Below, piece by piece: positions 1 to 9,166 of a stretch of 64,000 nt of DNA. The stretch lies in the NCBI GenBank assembly GCA_963754315.1, contig CAVWFS010000008.1:396289-460288 (forward strand), in the 5' to 3' direction. The stretch comes from an uncultured Candidatus Rokubacteria bacterium (GTDB lineage: Bacteria > Methylomirabilota > Methylomirabilia > Rokubacteriales > CSP1-6). Made by a program: the position numbers and the translations under genes. The notes beneath the pieces are model-generated. The model ran no database searches and was not told the origin of the DNA. It was given only the letters and a program-made list of their open reading frames with translations. The first letter of the stretch is position 1. Each line of letters opens with the position of its first letter.

Positions 1-158
1 GTAGCGCCGCGCGACCAGCCGAACTCCTCGAGCAAGGCCACGAAGAAGATCGGGAACGCGAAGTAGAGGCCCGAAGCGATGGCCAAGGTGATCCACACCG
101 CGCCGACGACAATCCACGGCTCAAACGGGTGGCGGCCTGAGCGCGAAGCAGTTGACAT
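1..158 (-). CDS. MFS transporter, N-terminal part (runs off the window edge)
   Basis: Manual translation from ATG at 158: MSTASRSGRHPFEPWIVVGAVWITLAIASGLYFAFPIFFVALLEEFGWSRGAT, a typical first TM helix plus the EEFGWSR motif of MFS permeases. Not in the ORF track. Confidence 0.8.
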   Translation of the reverse strand, partial: MSTASRSGRHPFEPWIVVGAVWITLAIASGLYFAFPIFFVALLEEFGWSRGA

Positions 159-234
159 CTGGCCATCATAAGCTTGCGGCGCCCGGCGCTGGGACCGGGC
201 TTCGAGTTTGGTCAGAAGTGATAGAGTAGGCCCG

Positions 235-449
235 ATGTCGTCGCCGGCTGGGCCAATCGACTACAAGGCGCTCGTGCAGGACGATCGTATCCACGCCTCG
301 CTCTACACCGACCCGCGCATCTTCGCCGACGAGATGGAGCGCATCTTCCATCGCGGCTGGGTCTTCGTGGGCCATGACAGCGAGATCGCGCAGGCGGGCG
401 ATTTCGTCACCCGCCATCTCGGCACCGAGCCCGTCATCATGGTGCGGGG
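235..449 (+). pseudogene. Rieske aromatic ring-hydroxylating dioxygenase alpha subunit, N-terminal fragment only
   Basis: RIHASLYTDPRIFADEMERIFHRGWVFVGHDSEI...GDFVTRHLGTEPVIMVRG is the conserved alpha N-terminus. Similarity ends before the Rieske CxH motif. Confidence 0.8.
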
Positions 450-601
450 GCGCCGTCCAGGCCAAGCGAGAGACGCACTGGTGGGTCGGGCGCACCACGC
501 ACTGGCTCCGCCCGGTCGACGGCGCCCTGAAGATGAGCCGGAAGAAGGTCGTGCTCGTGAACGCCGCTGAGCCGTTGCCCAATCTAGCCTTCCTGATCTG
601 A
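450..601 (+). pseudogene. Ring-hydroxylating dioxygenase beta subunit, C-terminal fragment only
   Basis: A different frame (ORF 374..601) reads WVGRTTHWLRPVDGALKMSRKKVVLVNAAEPLPNLAFLI*, matching the beta-subunit C-terminal pattern (KKVxLxN...NLxFL). Confidence 0.7.
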
Positions 602-649
602 GCTTGGCAGTCTCGTGCTACGTTTGTTCCTCCTTTCGGGAGGTGGCTC

Positions 650-1399
650 ATGGGCAAGCTCGAAGGCAAGGTAGCTCTGGTGACGGGTTCCGGTCGCAAT
701 ATCGGCCGCGCAACCGTCTTGCGATTGGCGAGCGAGGGTGCCCACGTCGTCGTCAACGCAAGAACCAACCAGGCGGAGGCTGACTCGGTCGCCCAGGAAG
801 CGCGGGCGTGCGGGGTGAAGGCCCTCTCCCTCGTCGCCGACGTGGCCAGCGAGGATCAGGTCGTCCGCATGATGGACAAGGCCCTCGCAGAGTTCGGTCG
901 GATCGACATCCTCATCAACAATGCCGCCATCCGGCCGCACAAACCCTTCCCGGAGCTGACACGGCAGGACTGGGAGGCGGTGAGGGGTGTCGTGCTGGAC
1001 GGCGCGGTCTACTGCACGCGGGCCGTCATCGATTCGATGGTCAGGCATCGCTACGGACGCATCCTGTTCTTTACCGGGGAAGGGGCGTTTGTCGGTGGCA
1101 AGGGCCGCGCCCACGTCTCCGCGGCCAAGATGGGTCTGGTTGGGCTGGCGCGCGGGCTGGCGTCCGAGTTCGCGGCCCAGAACATCCGGGTCAACGTGGT
1201 CTCGCCGGGCAGCATCGACACCACGCGCGCCAATCCCGAGTGGTACCAAGGACGGGTGCCAGACGCCTCGGGCATCCCGCTCGGTCGTCAGGGGACGGTG
1301 GACGAGATCGCCGCCACCTGCGTGTTTCTGGTCACCGACGACGGGGGCTTCATCACCGGCCAGACCATTCATGTGAATGGCGGCGCCGCCTTCTACTGA
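650..1399 (+). CDS. SDR-family oxidoreductase (FabG-like, atypical active site)
   Basis: TGSGRNIG and NNAA motifs, NVVSPG, ITGQTIHVNGG; GGAGG RBS. Has HVSAAK in place of YxxxK. Confidence 0.9.
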   Translation: MGKLEGKVALVTGSGRNIGRATVLRLASEGAHVVVNARTNQAEADSVAQEARACGVKALSLVADVASEDQVVRMMDKALAEFGRIDILINNAAIRPHKPFPELTRQDWEAVRGVVLDGAVYCTRAVIDSMVRHRYGRILFFTGEGAFVGGKGRAHVSAAKMGLVGLARGLASEFAAQNIRVNVVSPGSIDTTRANPEWYQGRVPDASGIPLGRQGTVDEIAATCVFLVTDDGGFITGQTIHVNGGAAFY

Positions 1400-1424
1400 T
1401 CGGTCGCCGCGAGGAAGCTCCCAT

Positions 1425-3782
1425 CTGACGGAGGGAGCCCAGTCCCACATCGGTCGGCCCCTGCGGCGCAAGGAGGACGACCGCCTGCTCCGGGGGAAGG
1501 GTCGGTTCAGCGACGATTTCTTGCTACCCGGTCAAGCCCACGCGGCGATGGTGCGCTCGCCTCATCCCCACGCCCGCATCGTGGCCATCGAGCGGGACGC
1601 GGCTCGTGCGATGTCGGGTGTCCTGGGTTTCTTCACGGGGTCGGACGTGTCCGCCGACGGCCTGGCTGCCATCCCGCACAATCCGGTGCCGTCCAATCGC
1701 TACGATCTGAAGCTGTGCGCACCAGGGGGCGGCGCGATCTTCTTCGGCCCGCACGCGTTGCTGCCGGCCGACCGAACTCGCCACGTGGGCGAGGCGGTGG
1801 CCATGGTCGTGGCCGAGACAAGCGCCCAAGCCGAGGCCGCCGCTGCCGCCGTGCACGTGACGTGGGCTCCGCTGCCCTTCGTGATCGATGCGGCGGAGGC
1901 CGTCCAGGGCCGAGCGCCGGTGGTGTGGGACGAGGTCCCGACGAATGTCTGTGTGGACACCACCTTCGGGAGCGATGCGGCAGCCGTCGACGCCGCCTTT
2001 GCGGGGGCGGCCCACGTTGTGACGCATGAGTTTCACGTTGGGCGCGTGACCGGGGTGCCGATCGAGCCGCGGGCAGCGCTCGGCGTCTGGGATGCGACGA
2101 GCGGGCGGTACGAGCTTTACGCCGGCAGCGGGGGCGCCTTTCGACAGCGTCGTGAGATCGCCGAGGTCTTGGGGCTGACCCCTGAACGGCTGCGCGTGGT
2201 CTCGCTCGACGTCGGCGGCAACTTCGGGACCAAGAACCGGGTCTACGTCGAGTACGGTCTCGTGCTGTGGGCGGCGCGGAGGCTCGGCCGCCCGGTCAAG
2301 TTCACGGCGACGCGGGCCGAGACATTGGTGAGCGATTATCAGGGGCGCGATCTCATCACCCGGGTGGCGCTGGCTCTCGACCTTGATGGCCGCTTCCTGG
2401 CGCTCCGCGCCGACAACATCTCCAACGTCGGCGCGCGCGCCGTCTCGTTCTCGCCGCTCGGTAAGGGGTCGGCGCTGGTGACCGGTAACTACCACATCCC
2501 TCTGGCGCGAGTGCGGGCGCGGGCCGTGTTCACGAACACCGTTCCAACCCAGGCCTATCGCTCCTCCGGGCGCCCGGAAGTCACGTTCGCCATCGAGCGG
2601 CTCATCGACCTGGCCTCACAGCAGACCGGCATCGATCGGATCGTGCTACGCCGACGCAATCTGATCGGCGAGGCACAGATGCCGTACACGAACCCGTTCG
2701 GGATGATCTACGACAGCGGGCTCTATGCCGAGAACATGACGCTCGCCATGCAACGCGCCGACTGGGATGGATTCGAGAAGCGCCGAGCGGAGGCTCAGGG
2801 GCGGGGCCTCCTCCTCGGCCGGGGTCTGGCCAACTACGTCGAATCGTCAGTGGGGACGCCCCGCGAGCAGGCGCGCATGACAGTGCGCCCCGATGGTCCG
2901 GGCGATTCACCGCGCGCCGTCGTCGAGGTGGTCGTCGGCACTCAGTCGGCCGGGCAGGGGCACGAGACGAGCTTCGCCCAGGTCGCGGCCGATCGTCTCG
3001 GGCTCGACCTCGACTCGGTCCGCATCCTGCTCGGTGACACTGACTTCGTTCGCTTCGGAGGCGGCACCCACTCGGGCCGCTCGATGCGCATGGCGGGGAC
3101 GGTCATCGCCCTCGCCTGCGATGACCTGATCGCCGAGGGCCGGCGGCGCGCGGCCCAGGTGCTGGAGGCGGCCGAGAGCGATGTGCGCTACGCGTGTGGC
3201 CGCTTTACCGTGGTCGGTACCGACCGGAGCATCAGCCTCTTCGCGATCCCTGACGGGCTCGCGGTCACGCGCGACAACGAGATGCACGAGCCGGTGTTCC
3301 CCAACGGATGTCACGTGGGCGAGGTGGAGGTGGATCCGGAGACGGGCGCCGTGCGGCTCGCGCGCTACGTCGCCATCGACGACGTGGGCCGCGCCATCAA
3401 TCCGCTGATCGTCGATGGCCAGACCCACGGCGGTATCGTCATGGGGCTGGGCCAGGCGCTGTGCGAGGCGTGCGTGGTCGATCCTGCCACCGGTCAGACG
3501 CTGACCGGCTCATTCATGGACTACTCTCTCTTGCGCGCGGCCGACGTGCCCTCCTTGGCGACCCACCTCAACGAGGTGGCCTCACCCACGAATCCGCTTG
3601 GCATCAAGGCGGGCGGGGAGGGCGGGACCACGCCGGCTCCTGCCGTGATCGCGAGCGCTATCGCCGACGCGCTGGCGCCCGCCGGCGTCACTGACATCCC
3701 ACTGCCAGCGACGCCCGATGCGATCTGGCGTGCCATCCGCCTCGCCGCTCGCGGTCAGGCTACGGGAACCTCGCGTCCTTGA
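1425..3782 (+). CDS. Xanthine dehydrogenase/CoxL-like molybdopterin-binding large subunit
   Basis: IGRPLRRKEDDRLLRGKG, RSPHPHARI, VGGNFGTK, AYRSSGRPE, GQGHETSFAQ, DGQTHGG, GIKAGGEGG. Start uncertain (ORF open from 1377; CTG at 1425 follows an RBS). Confidence 0.9.
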   Translation: MTEGAQSHIGRPLRRKEDDRLLRGKGRFSDDFLLPGQAHAAMVRSPHPHARIVAIERDAARAMSGVLGFFTGSDVSADGLAAIPHNPVPSNRYDLKLCAPGGGAIFFGPHALLPADRTRHVGEAVAMVVAETSAQAEAAAAAVHVTWAPLPFVIDAAEAVQGRAPVVWDEVPTNVCVDTTFGSDAAAVDAAFAGAAHVVTHEFHVGRVTGVPIEPRAALGVWDATSGRYELYAGSGGAFRQRREIAEVLGLTPERLRVVSLDVGGNFGTKNRVYVEYGLVLWAARRLGRPVKFTATRAETLVSDYQGRDLITRVALALDLDGRFLALRADNISNVGARAVSFSPLGKGSALVTGNYHIPLARVRARAVFTNTVPTQAYRSSGRPEVTFAIERLIDLASQQTGIDRIVLRRRNLIGEAQMPYTNPFGMIYDSGLYAENMTLAMQRADWDGFEKRRAEAQGRGLLLGRGLANYVESSVGTPREQARMTVRPDGPGDSPRAVVEVVVGTQSAGQGHETSFAQVAADRLGLDLDSVRILLGDTDFVRFGGGTHSGRSMRMAGTVIALACDDLIAEGRRRAAQVLEAAESDVRYACGRFTVVGTDRSISLFAIPDGLAVTRDNEMHEPVFPNGCHVGEVEVDPETGAVRLARYVAIDDVGRAINPLIVDGQTHGGIVMGLGQALCEACVVDPATGQTLTGSFMDYSLLRAADVPSLATHLNEVASPTNPLGIKAGGEGGTTPAPAVIASAIADALAPAGVTDIPLPATPDAIWRAIRLAARGQATGTSRP

Positions 3783-4728
3783 GCGCCGCGTAGACCGCGG
3801 CCTTGATGTCGTCTCGGCTGGGCAGCGCGGCCTCTTCCAGGGTCGGGCTGTAAGGAACGGGCACGGGGACGGCGCACACGCGGCGGACCGGCGTCTTCAG
3901 CGCGCGAAACGTCTCGGGATCCTCGACGATCAGGGCGGCAATCTCCGACGCCGCCGAGCACGTCGATGGCGCCTCGTCCACGATGACCACCCGACCGGTC
4001 TTCTGCGCCGACGCGCGCAGGGTGTCGACATCCATGGGGACCAGGGTCCGCGGATCGACCACCTCGACCGAGATGCCCTCCGATGCGAGCTCCGCGGCCA
4101 CCGTCAAGGCCTCGCGCACGTAATACGCGAGACCCACGATCGTCACGTCCGTACCGGACCGCTTCACCTCTGCCATTCCGATCGGTATGAGATGGTCGCC
4201 GTCGGGCACGGGGCCGGTCACGGTGGCCAGCCGGCTGCACTCGAACGACACCACGGGGTTGTTATCCCTGATGGCGCTCTTGAGCAACCCCTTCGCGTCA
4301 GCCGGCGTGGAGGGCAGGATGATCTTCAGGCCGGCCAGGTGCATCCACATGGAATACGGGCTCTGGGAGTGCTGCGCCGCCAGCCCTATGCCGCCTCCGG
4401 TCGTGCACCGGTAGGTCACCGGGAAGTTGGCCTGGCCGCCGAACATGTAGCGGATCTTGCTCGCCTGGTTGACGATCTGGTCCATGGCCACGAAGGAGAA
4501 CGTCACCATTCGCCAGTTCACGATGGGGCGGAACCCGCAGCCGGCTGCGCCCAGGCCCATGCCCGTCAGCACCGCTTCCGAGATGGGCGTGAAACGCACG
4601 CGGGTGGGGCCGAACTCCGAGAGGGGATCGCCCGTGAAGTCGGTGGCCATCGTGAAGACCCTGGGGTCGCGCCGCATCTCCTCGGTCACTGCTTCTTCGA
4701 GGGCTTTCTGAAACGTGATCTCGCGCAT
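3760..4728 (-). CDS. 2-oxoacid/acetoin dehydrogenase E1 beta subunit
   Basis: TPISE, AMDQIVNQASK, AAQHSQS, DAKGLLKSAIRDNNPV, EVVDPRTLVPMD. Confidence 0.9.
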   Translation of the reverse strand: MREITFQKALEEAVTEEMRRDPRVFTMATDFTGDPLSEFGPTRVRFTPISEAVLTGMGLGAAGCGFRPIVNWRMVTFSFVAMDQIVNQASKIRYMFGGQANFPVTYRCTTGGGIGLAAQHSQSPYSMWMHLAGLKIILPSTPADAKGLLKSAIRDNNPVVSFECSRLATVTGPVPDGDHLIPIGMAEVKRSGTDVTIVGLAYYVREALTVAAELASEGISVEVVDPRTLVPMDVDTLRASAQKTGRVVIVDEAPSTCSAASEIAALIVEDPETFRALKTPVRRVCAVPVPVPYSPTLEEAALPSRDDIKAAVYAALKDARFP

Positions 4729-4745
4729 GGGCGTTCCTCGTCCCC

Positions 4746-5714
4746 TCACTCGGCGAACATGTCGACCAGCAGGTGCTTGGGATCGGGAAAGGGGCTGGCC
4801 TCGGCGAACGCCACGGCCTCGTCAAGATCTGCCGTCACCCGCTCGCGGAGGGTCGCGATCACGGCCGGGGAGATCGATCCAAGGTCGAGCAGGTGCCGCT
4901 CGAGACGCGCAACAGGATCGCGTGCCTTCCAGGTCGCGATCTCGTCGAGGGGGCGGGTCTCTGGAGGCACGGCCGCCCGCATGGCGTGGAAGTGCCAGCG
5001 ATACGTCTTGCACTCAAGCAGGGTTGGGCCTTCCCCACGGCGGGCCCTCGTGACCGCCTCGCCGCTGGCCCTATAGACCTCAAGAACGTCGTTGCCGTCG
5101 ACGATGACGCCGGGGATGGCGTACGCGTGGGCGTGGGCGGCGATATCGACCCGCGGATGCTGGACGGCCACCGCGTTGTTGGCGGCGTACTGATTATTCT
5201 CGCAGACGAAGACGATGGGGAGCTTCCACAGGGCGGCGATATTGAGCGCCTCGTGGAATTCGCCTTCGGCGGCGGCCCCGTCTCCGAAGAAGCATCCGGT
5301 CACGCCGCCCTTTCCCTCGAGCTGAGCGGCCAACGCTGCTCCGCAGGCGATGGGCAGCCCCCCGCCTACGATGCCGTTGGCGCCCAGCATTCCCACCGCA
5401 AAGTCGGCGATGTGCATGGAGCCGCCCTTGCCCTTGCAGTAGCCGTCCACGCGTCCGAACAGCTCGGCCATCATGCGCCGGATGTCCGCACCCTTGGCGA
5501 TGCAGTGCCCATGACCGCGGTGGGTGCTCGTCACCCGATCGGTCGTGGTGAGGGTCGAGCACACCCCGACCGCCACGGCCTCCTGGCCGACGTAAGGATG
5601 GACCGCCCCGTAGATCTGGCCGGCCACCCTCAACCGGATGGCCCGCTCGTCGAATTCCCGAATCAGCATCATGGTACGCAGCATGTGGATCAGCTTCGGC
5701 GTATCGAGCGCCAT
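4746..5714 (-). CDS. 2-oxoacid/acetoin dehydrogenase E1 alpha subunit
   Basis: GQEAVAVG, STHRGHGH, GKGGSMH, ThDP motif GDGA...ENN, ECKTYR. Start at MALDTPKL after a GGGGAGG RBS. Confidence 0.92.
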   Translation of the reverse strand: MALDTPKLIHMLRTMMLIREFDERAIRLRVAGQIYGAVHPYVGQEAVAVGVCSTLTTTDRVTSTHRGHGHCIAKGADIRRMMAELFGRVDGYCKGKGGSMHIADFAVGMLGANGIVGGGLPIACGAALAAQLEGKGGVTGCFFGDGAAAEGEFHEALNIAALWKLPIVFVCENNQYAANNAVAVQHPRVDIAAHAHAYAIPGVIVDGNDVLEVYRASGEAVTRARRGEGPTLLECKTYRWHFHAMRAAVPPETRPLDEIATWKARDPVARLERHLLDLGSISPAVIATLRERVTADLDEAVAFAEASPFPDPKHLLVDMFAE

Positions 5715-5833
5715 CACCACCTCCCCAGAATCCGCCGTAGGCATTGTAGAACTGAGCGCGGTCGACCGGAAGTGGGGTTTGTCCGGCCGCCGGCGATGCA
5801 CTATGATCGCCCCGGCCGGAAAGGAGACCTTGT

Positions 5834-6475
5834 ATGCCCGAGAAGAACGACCTCTTCGAGATCATCCAGACGACGCGGGCCATGCGGCGACTGAAGCCGG
5901 ACCCGGTGCCTGACGAGCTAATCCGCAAGATCCTCGAGGCCGGGGTGTGCGCGGCCAATGGCGGGAACACGCAGCGCTGGCGCTTCCTGGTCATCAAGGA
6001 CGCGAAGATCAAGAAGCAGGTGCAGGTGTACTACAAGAAGGCCTTCGACGAGGTGGTCGGGCCGCGCTATCTGAGCAGCGCGCCGCCGCCGGGGGTCAGC
6101 CGTGAGCGCTACACGCGGCAGCACACCGCGGTGGAGTATCTCACCGACCACTTCCACGAGGCGCCGGTGTGGATCGTGGCCTGTCTCGACGAGGGGACGG
6201 CGACGCCGACCCGCTCCTCGGGCGCCTCCATCTATCCCGCCGTCCAGAACATGCTGCTAGCGGCACGCGCGCTCGGGCTGGGGACGACCCTCACCACCCG
6301 CCACCTTCTGCACGAGAAGGACGCCGAAGCTGCGCTCGGCCTGCCGCCGGGCGTTCATTCCTACGCCATCCTTCCCATTGGCTACCCCATGGGCCGGTTC
6401 GGGCCCGTCGGCCGCGGGCCCCTCGCCGACATCGTGTACGAGGAACGGTGGGGCCAACCCTACCGCGGTCTCTAG
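5834..6475 (+). CDS. Nitroreductase family protein
   Basis: TTRAMRRL, ANGGNTQRWRFLVI, SIYPAVQNMLLAARALGLG, PIGYP; AAGGAG RBS. Confidence 0.9.
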   Translation: MPEKNDLFEIIQTTRAMRRLKPDPVPDELIRKILEAGVCAANGGNTQRWRFLVIKDAKIKKQVQVYYKKAFDEVVGPRYLSSAPPPGVSRERYTRQHTAVEYLTDHFHEAPVWIVACLDEGTATPTRSSGASIYPAVQNMLLAARALGLGTTLTTRHLLHEKDAEAALGLPPGVHSYAILPIGYPMGRFGPVGRGPLADIVYEERWGQPYRGL

Positions 6476-6488
6476 AAAGGAGCCCCTC

Positions 6489-7040
6489 ATGCCTCGCGTC
6501 GCTCCCATCACCAGCAAGGCTGACGTGCCCGCCGAGCATCACGCCGTGGTCGACAAGGTCGTCGGCGTGTTCGGCGGAGTGCGGGGACCCTTCAGCATGC
6601 TCCTCCACAGTCCGAAGCTTGCCGAGCGGGTGCTCGGTCTCGTCACCTTCTTCCGCGACGAGAGTATCGTCGAGCCGAAACTTCGCTCGGTGGCAATCCT
6701 CGCCGCCGTCCGCGAGCGCGAGGCGGCGTACGTGTGGGCGGCCCAGGTGGCCGCCGCCCGCCGCAACGGTGTGAGCGAGGACGTGATCGACCTCCTGAGA
6801 GCGAAGGGCGATCCGGGAAAGCTTCCCGCCGAGGAAAGGGAGATCGTGACCTACGTCCGCCAGCTGATGCGCACGAACCGCAGCGACCAGGCGGCCTTCG
6901 ATTCGCTCAAGAACCGGCACGGCACGCCGTGGCTGGTCGAGCTGACGGCGGCCGCCAATTACTTCGCTCTCCTGTCGGGTGTCGTCAATGCCTTCGAGGT
7001 TGCGGCCCCGGCGGACGGCGACAAGCTGCCCGCCTCGTAA
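6489..7040 (+). CDS. Carboxymuconolactone decarboxylase/AhpD-like protein
   Basis: RGPFSMLLHSPKLA, LRSVAILAAVRE..AYVW, GVSEDVID, LVELTAAANYF; AAGGAG RBS. No CxxC. Confidence 0.75.
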   Translation: MPRVAPITSKADVPAEHHAVVDKVVGVFGGVRGPFSMLLHSPKLAERVLGLVTFFRDESIVEPKLRSVAILAAVREREAAYVWAAQVAAARRNGVSEDVIDLLRAKGDPGKLPAEEREIVTYVRQLMRTNRSDQAAFDSLKNRHGTPWLVELTAAANYFALLSGVVNAFEVAAPADGDKLPAS

Positions 7041-7053
7041 CGCGGTCTGACGC

Positions 7054-7081
7054 ACCGGCCCCTCGGTGGGGGGCCGGTTTC
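7054..7081. terminator. Hairpin between convergent genes, probable intrinsic terminator
   Basis: ACCGGCCCC-N7-GGGGCCGGT perfect 9-bp stem followed by T residues. Confidence 0.6.
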
Positions 7082-9128
7082 ACCCCATCAGGTCACGCGC
7101 TCGCGCGACGACCTGCTCGACCACGAACCCGAATTGGAGGAAGAGCTGCTCGCCGGGGGCCGAAGCTCCGAAGCGATCGAGCGTATGGGTGGCGCCGCTG
7201 GCTCCGATCCACTTGTGCCAGCCGAACGACACGCCGGCTTCGACGGCCAGCCGCTTGGCGACAGATGGGGGCAGCACCGCGGTGTGGTACGAGTCCGGTT
7301 GCTCGTCGAACAGTTCCCAGCACGGCATCGACACGATGCGCGCGCGAATTCCACTCCGCGCGAGCACATCGGCGGCAGCGACGATGAGTGCCACCTCGGA
7401 GCCGGTTGCCATCAGAATCACCTGCGGCCGATCGACCGCCGGGTTGAGGACGTATGCGCCCTGCTTGAGCCCCTCGGCGGGAGCAAATCGAGCCCGGTCG
7501 AGGACCGGCAGGTTCTGTCGGCTGAGGGCCAGTGCGGTGGGACGGTGCCGGTTGGCGATCGCTACCTGCCATGCCCACACCGTCTCGTTGGCGTCGGCGG
7601 GTCGGATGAACAGCAGATCGGGAATCGCACGCAGCGCGGCGTAGTGCTCGATGGGCTGGTGGGTCGGACCGTCCTCACCGAGTCCGACGCTATCGTGGGT
7701 GTACACCCAGATGGCGCCCAGCCCTGACAGGGCGGACAGACGGACGGCCGGCCGCATGTAATCGGAAAATGTCAGGAAGGTGGCGCCGTAGGGAATCAGG
7801 CCGCCGTGGTAGGCCAGACCGTTGACCGCAGCCCCCATCGCGTGCTCTCTGACGCCGAAATAGAGATTGCGGCCTCCGTAGCCCCAGCCCCCGCCGACGG
7901 CGCCTTGGACGCCGTTCTGCGGAGACGTCGGATCCTGGAAGTCTCCGTGGTCCTTGAGCCACGTGAAGGTCGAGGGATTCAGATCCGCGGACCCGCCGAT
8001 CAGCTCGGGCAGCCGCGCGGCGAGCGTTTGCAACACCGTCTCCGAAGCCTTGCGGGTCGCGATTCCCTTGGGGTCGGCAGGGTGGATCGGGAGCTCAGTG
8101 TCCCAGCCCTGCGGGAGCCGCCCCTCCATCACGCGCTCGAACTCCGCCGCTTCGCCGGGATGCTCGCGTCGGTACGCGGCAAAACGGCCCCGCCATTCCG
8201 CTTCGGCGGTCTGGCCGCGGGCGACACTCTCCCGGAAGTGGTCGAGCGCCTCGGGAGGGATGAGAAAGGAGGGCTCGGTCGGCCAGCCGAGGTTCGCCTT
8301 TGCTGCCTGAAGCTCCTCGGGGCCGAGAGGAGATCCGTGCGCGTGAAACGTGTCCTGCTTGTGAGGAGCACCGTACCCGATGTGCGTCCGCGCGATGATC
8401 AGCGAAGGACGCTTCCGCTCCTGGCGCGCCGCCGCCAAGGCTCGTTCGACCGATTGCAGATCATTGCCGTCCTCGACATGCTGCACGTGCCAGCCGTAGG
8501 CCGTGTAGCGGGACCCGACATCCTCCGTGAAGATCAGGGACGTCGTTCCCGCCAGCGAGACCTTGTTGTCGTCGTAGATCATGATGAGCTTGCCGAGCCC
8601 GAGATGCCCGGCCAGCGAGCTCGCCTCGCTGCTGACTCCCTCCATGAGGTCGCCGTCTCCCGCCAGCACCCATGTGTGGTGGTCGACGATCTCGTGTCCT
8701 GGACGGTTGAAGCGCGCGGCCAGGTGAGCTTCAGCCATGGCGAAGCCGACCGCGTTGCCGATGCCTTGCCCAAGCGGGCCGGTCGTTGCCTCGACACCCT
8801 TGGTCAGATGGCTCTCGGGATGTCCCGGGGTGAGGCTCTTCCATTGCCGGAAGCGCTGGATCTCGTCGAGCGGAAGATCGTAGCCGGTCAGGTGGAGCAA
8901 GGAATAGAGCAACATCGACCCATGCCCTGCCGACAGGATGAACCGGTCTCGGTCGGGCCAGCTGGGGTTGCTCGGATTGTGGCGCAAGAATCGCGTCCAG
9001 AGGACATACGACAGTGCGGCGGCGCCCATGGGAAGTCCGGGATGCCCCGAGTTCGCCTTCTGGACGGCGTCCGCCGACAGGAATCGAATGGTGTTGATAC
9101 AGGTGTCGTCCAGCTTCGCTCCATGCAT
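7080..9128 (-). CDS. tkt: Transketolase
   Basis: [71 protein letters not shown]. Confidence 0.97.
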   Translation of the reverse strand: MHGAKLDDTCINTIRFLSADAVQKANSGHPGLPMGAAALSYVLWTRFLRHNPSNPSWPDRDRFILSAGHGSMLLYSLLHLTGYDLPLDEIQRFRQWKSLTPGHPESHLTKGVEATTGPLGQGIGNAVGFAMAEAHLAARFNRPGHEIVDHHTWVLAGDGDLMEGVSSEASSLAGHLGLGKLIMIYDDNKVSLAGTTSLIFTEDVGSRYTAYGWHVQHVEDGNDLQSVERALAAARQERKRPSLIIARTHIGYGAPHKQDTFHAHGSPLGPEELQAAKANLGWPTEPSFLIPPEALDHFRESVARGQTAEAEWRGRFAAYRREHPGEAAEFERVMEGRLPQGWDTELPIHPADPKGIATRKASETVLQTLAARLPELIGGSADLNPSTFTWLKDHGDFQDPTSPQNGVQGAVGGGWGYGGRNLYFGVREHAMGAAVNGLAYHGGLIPYGATFLTFSDYMRPAVRLSALSGLGAIWVYTHDSVGLGEDGPTHQPIEHYAALRAIPDLLFIRPADANETVWAWQVAIANRHRPTALALSRQNLPVLDRARFAPAEGLKQGAYVLNPAVDRPQVILMATGSEVALIVAAADVLARSGIRARIVSMPCWELFDEQPDSYHTAVLPPSVAKRLAVEAGVSFGWHKWIGASGATHTLDRFGASAPGEQLFLQFGFVVEQVVARARDLMG

Positions 9129-9166
9129 CGTTCGGCCTCCGCGATGGTCAGACGCCTTTCACCATC

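Noticed and set aside
1425-3782. Aerobic CO dehydrogenase (coxL form I), also considered for 60793..63108
   Set aside because: Neither has the Cu-binding AYxCSFR loop, and no coxMS or coxDEFG genes are adjacent.
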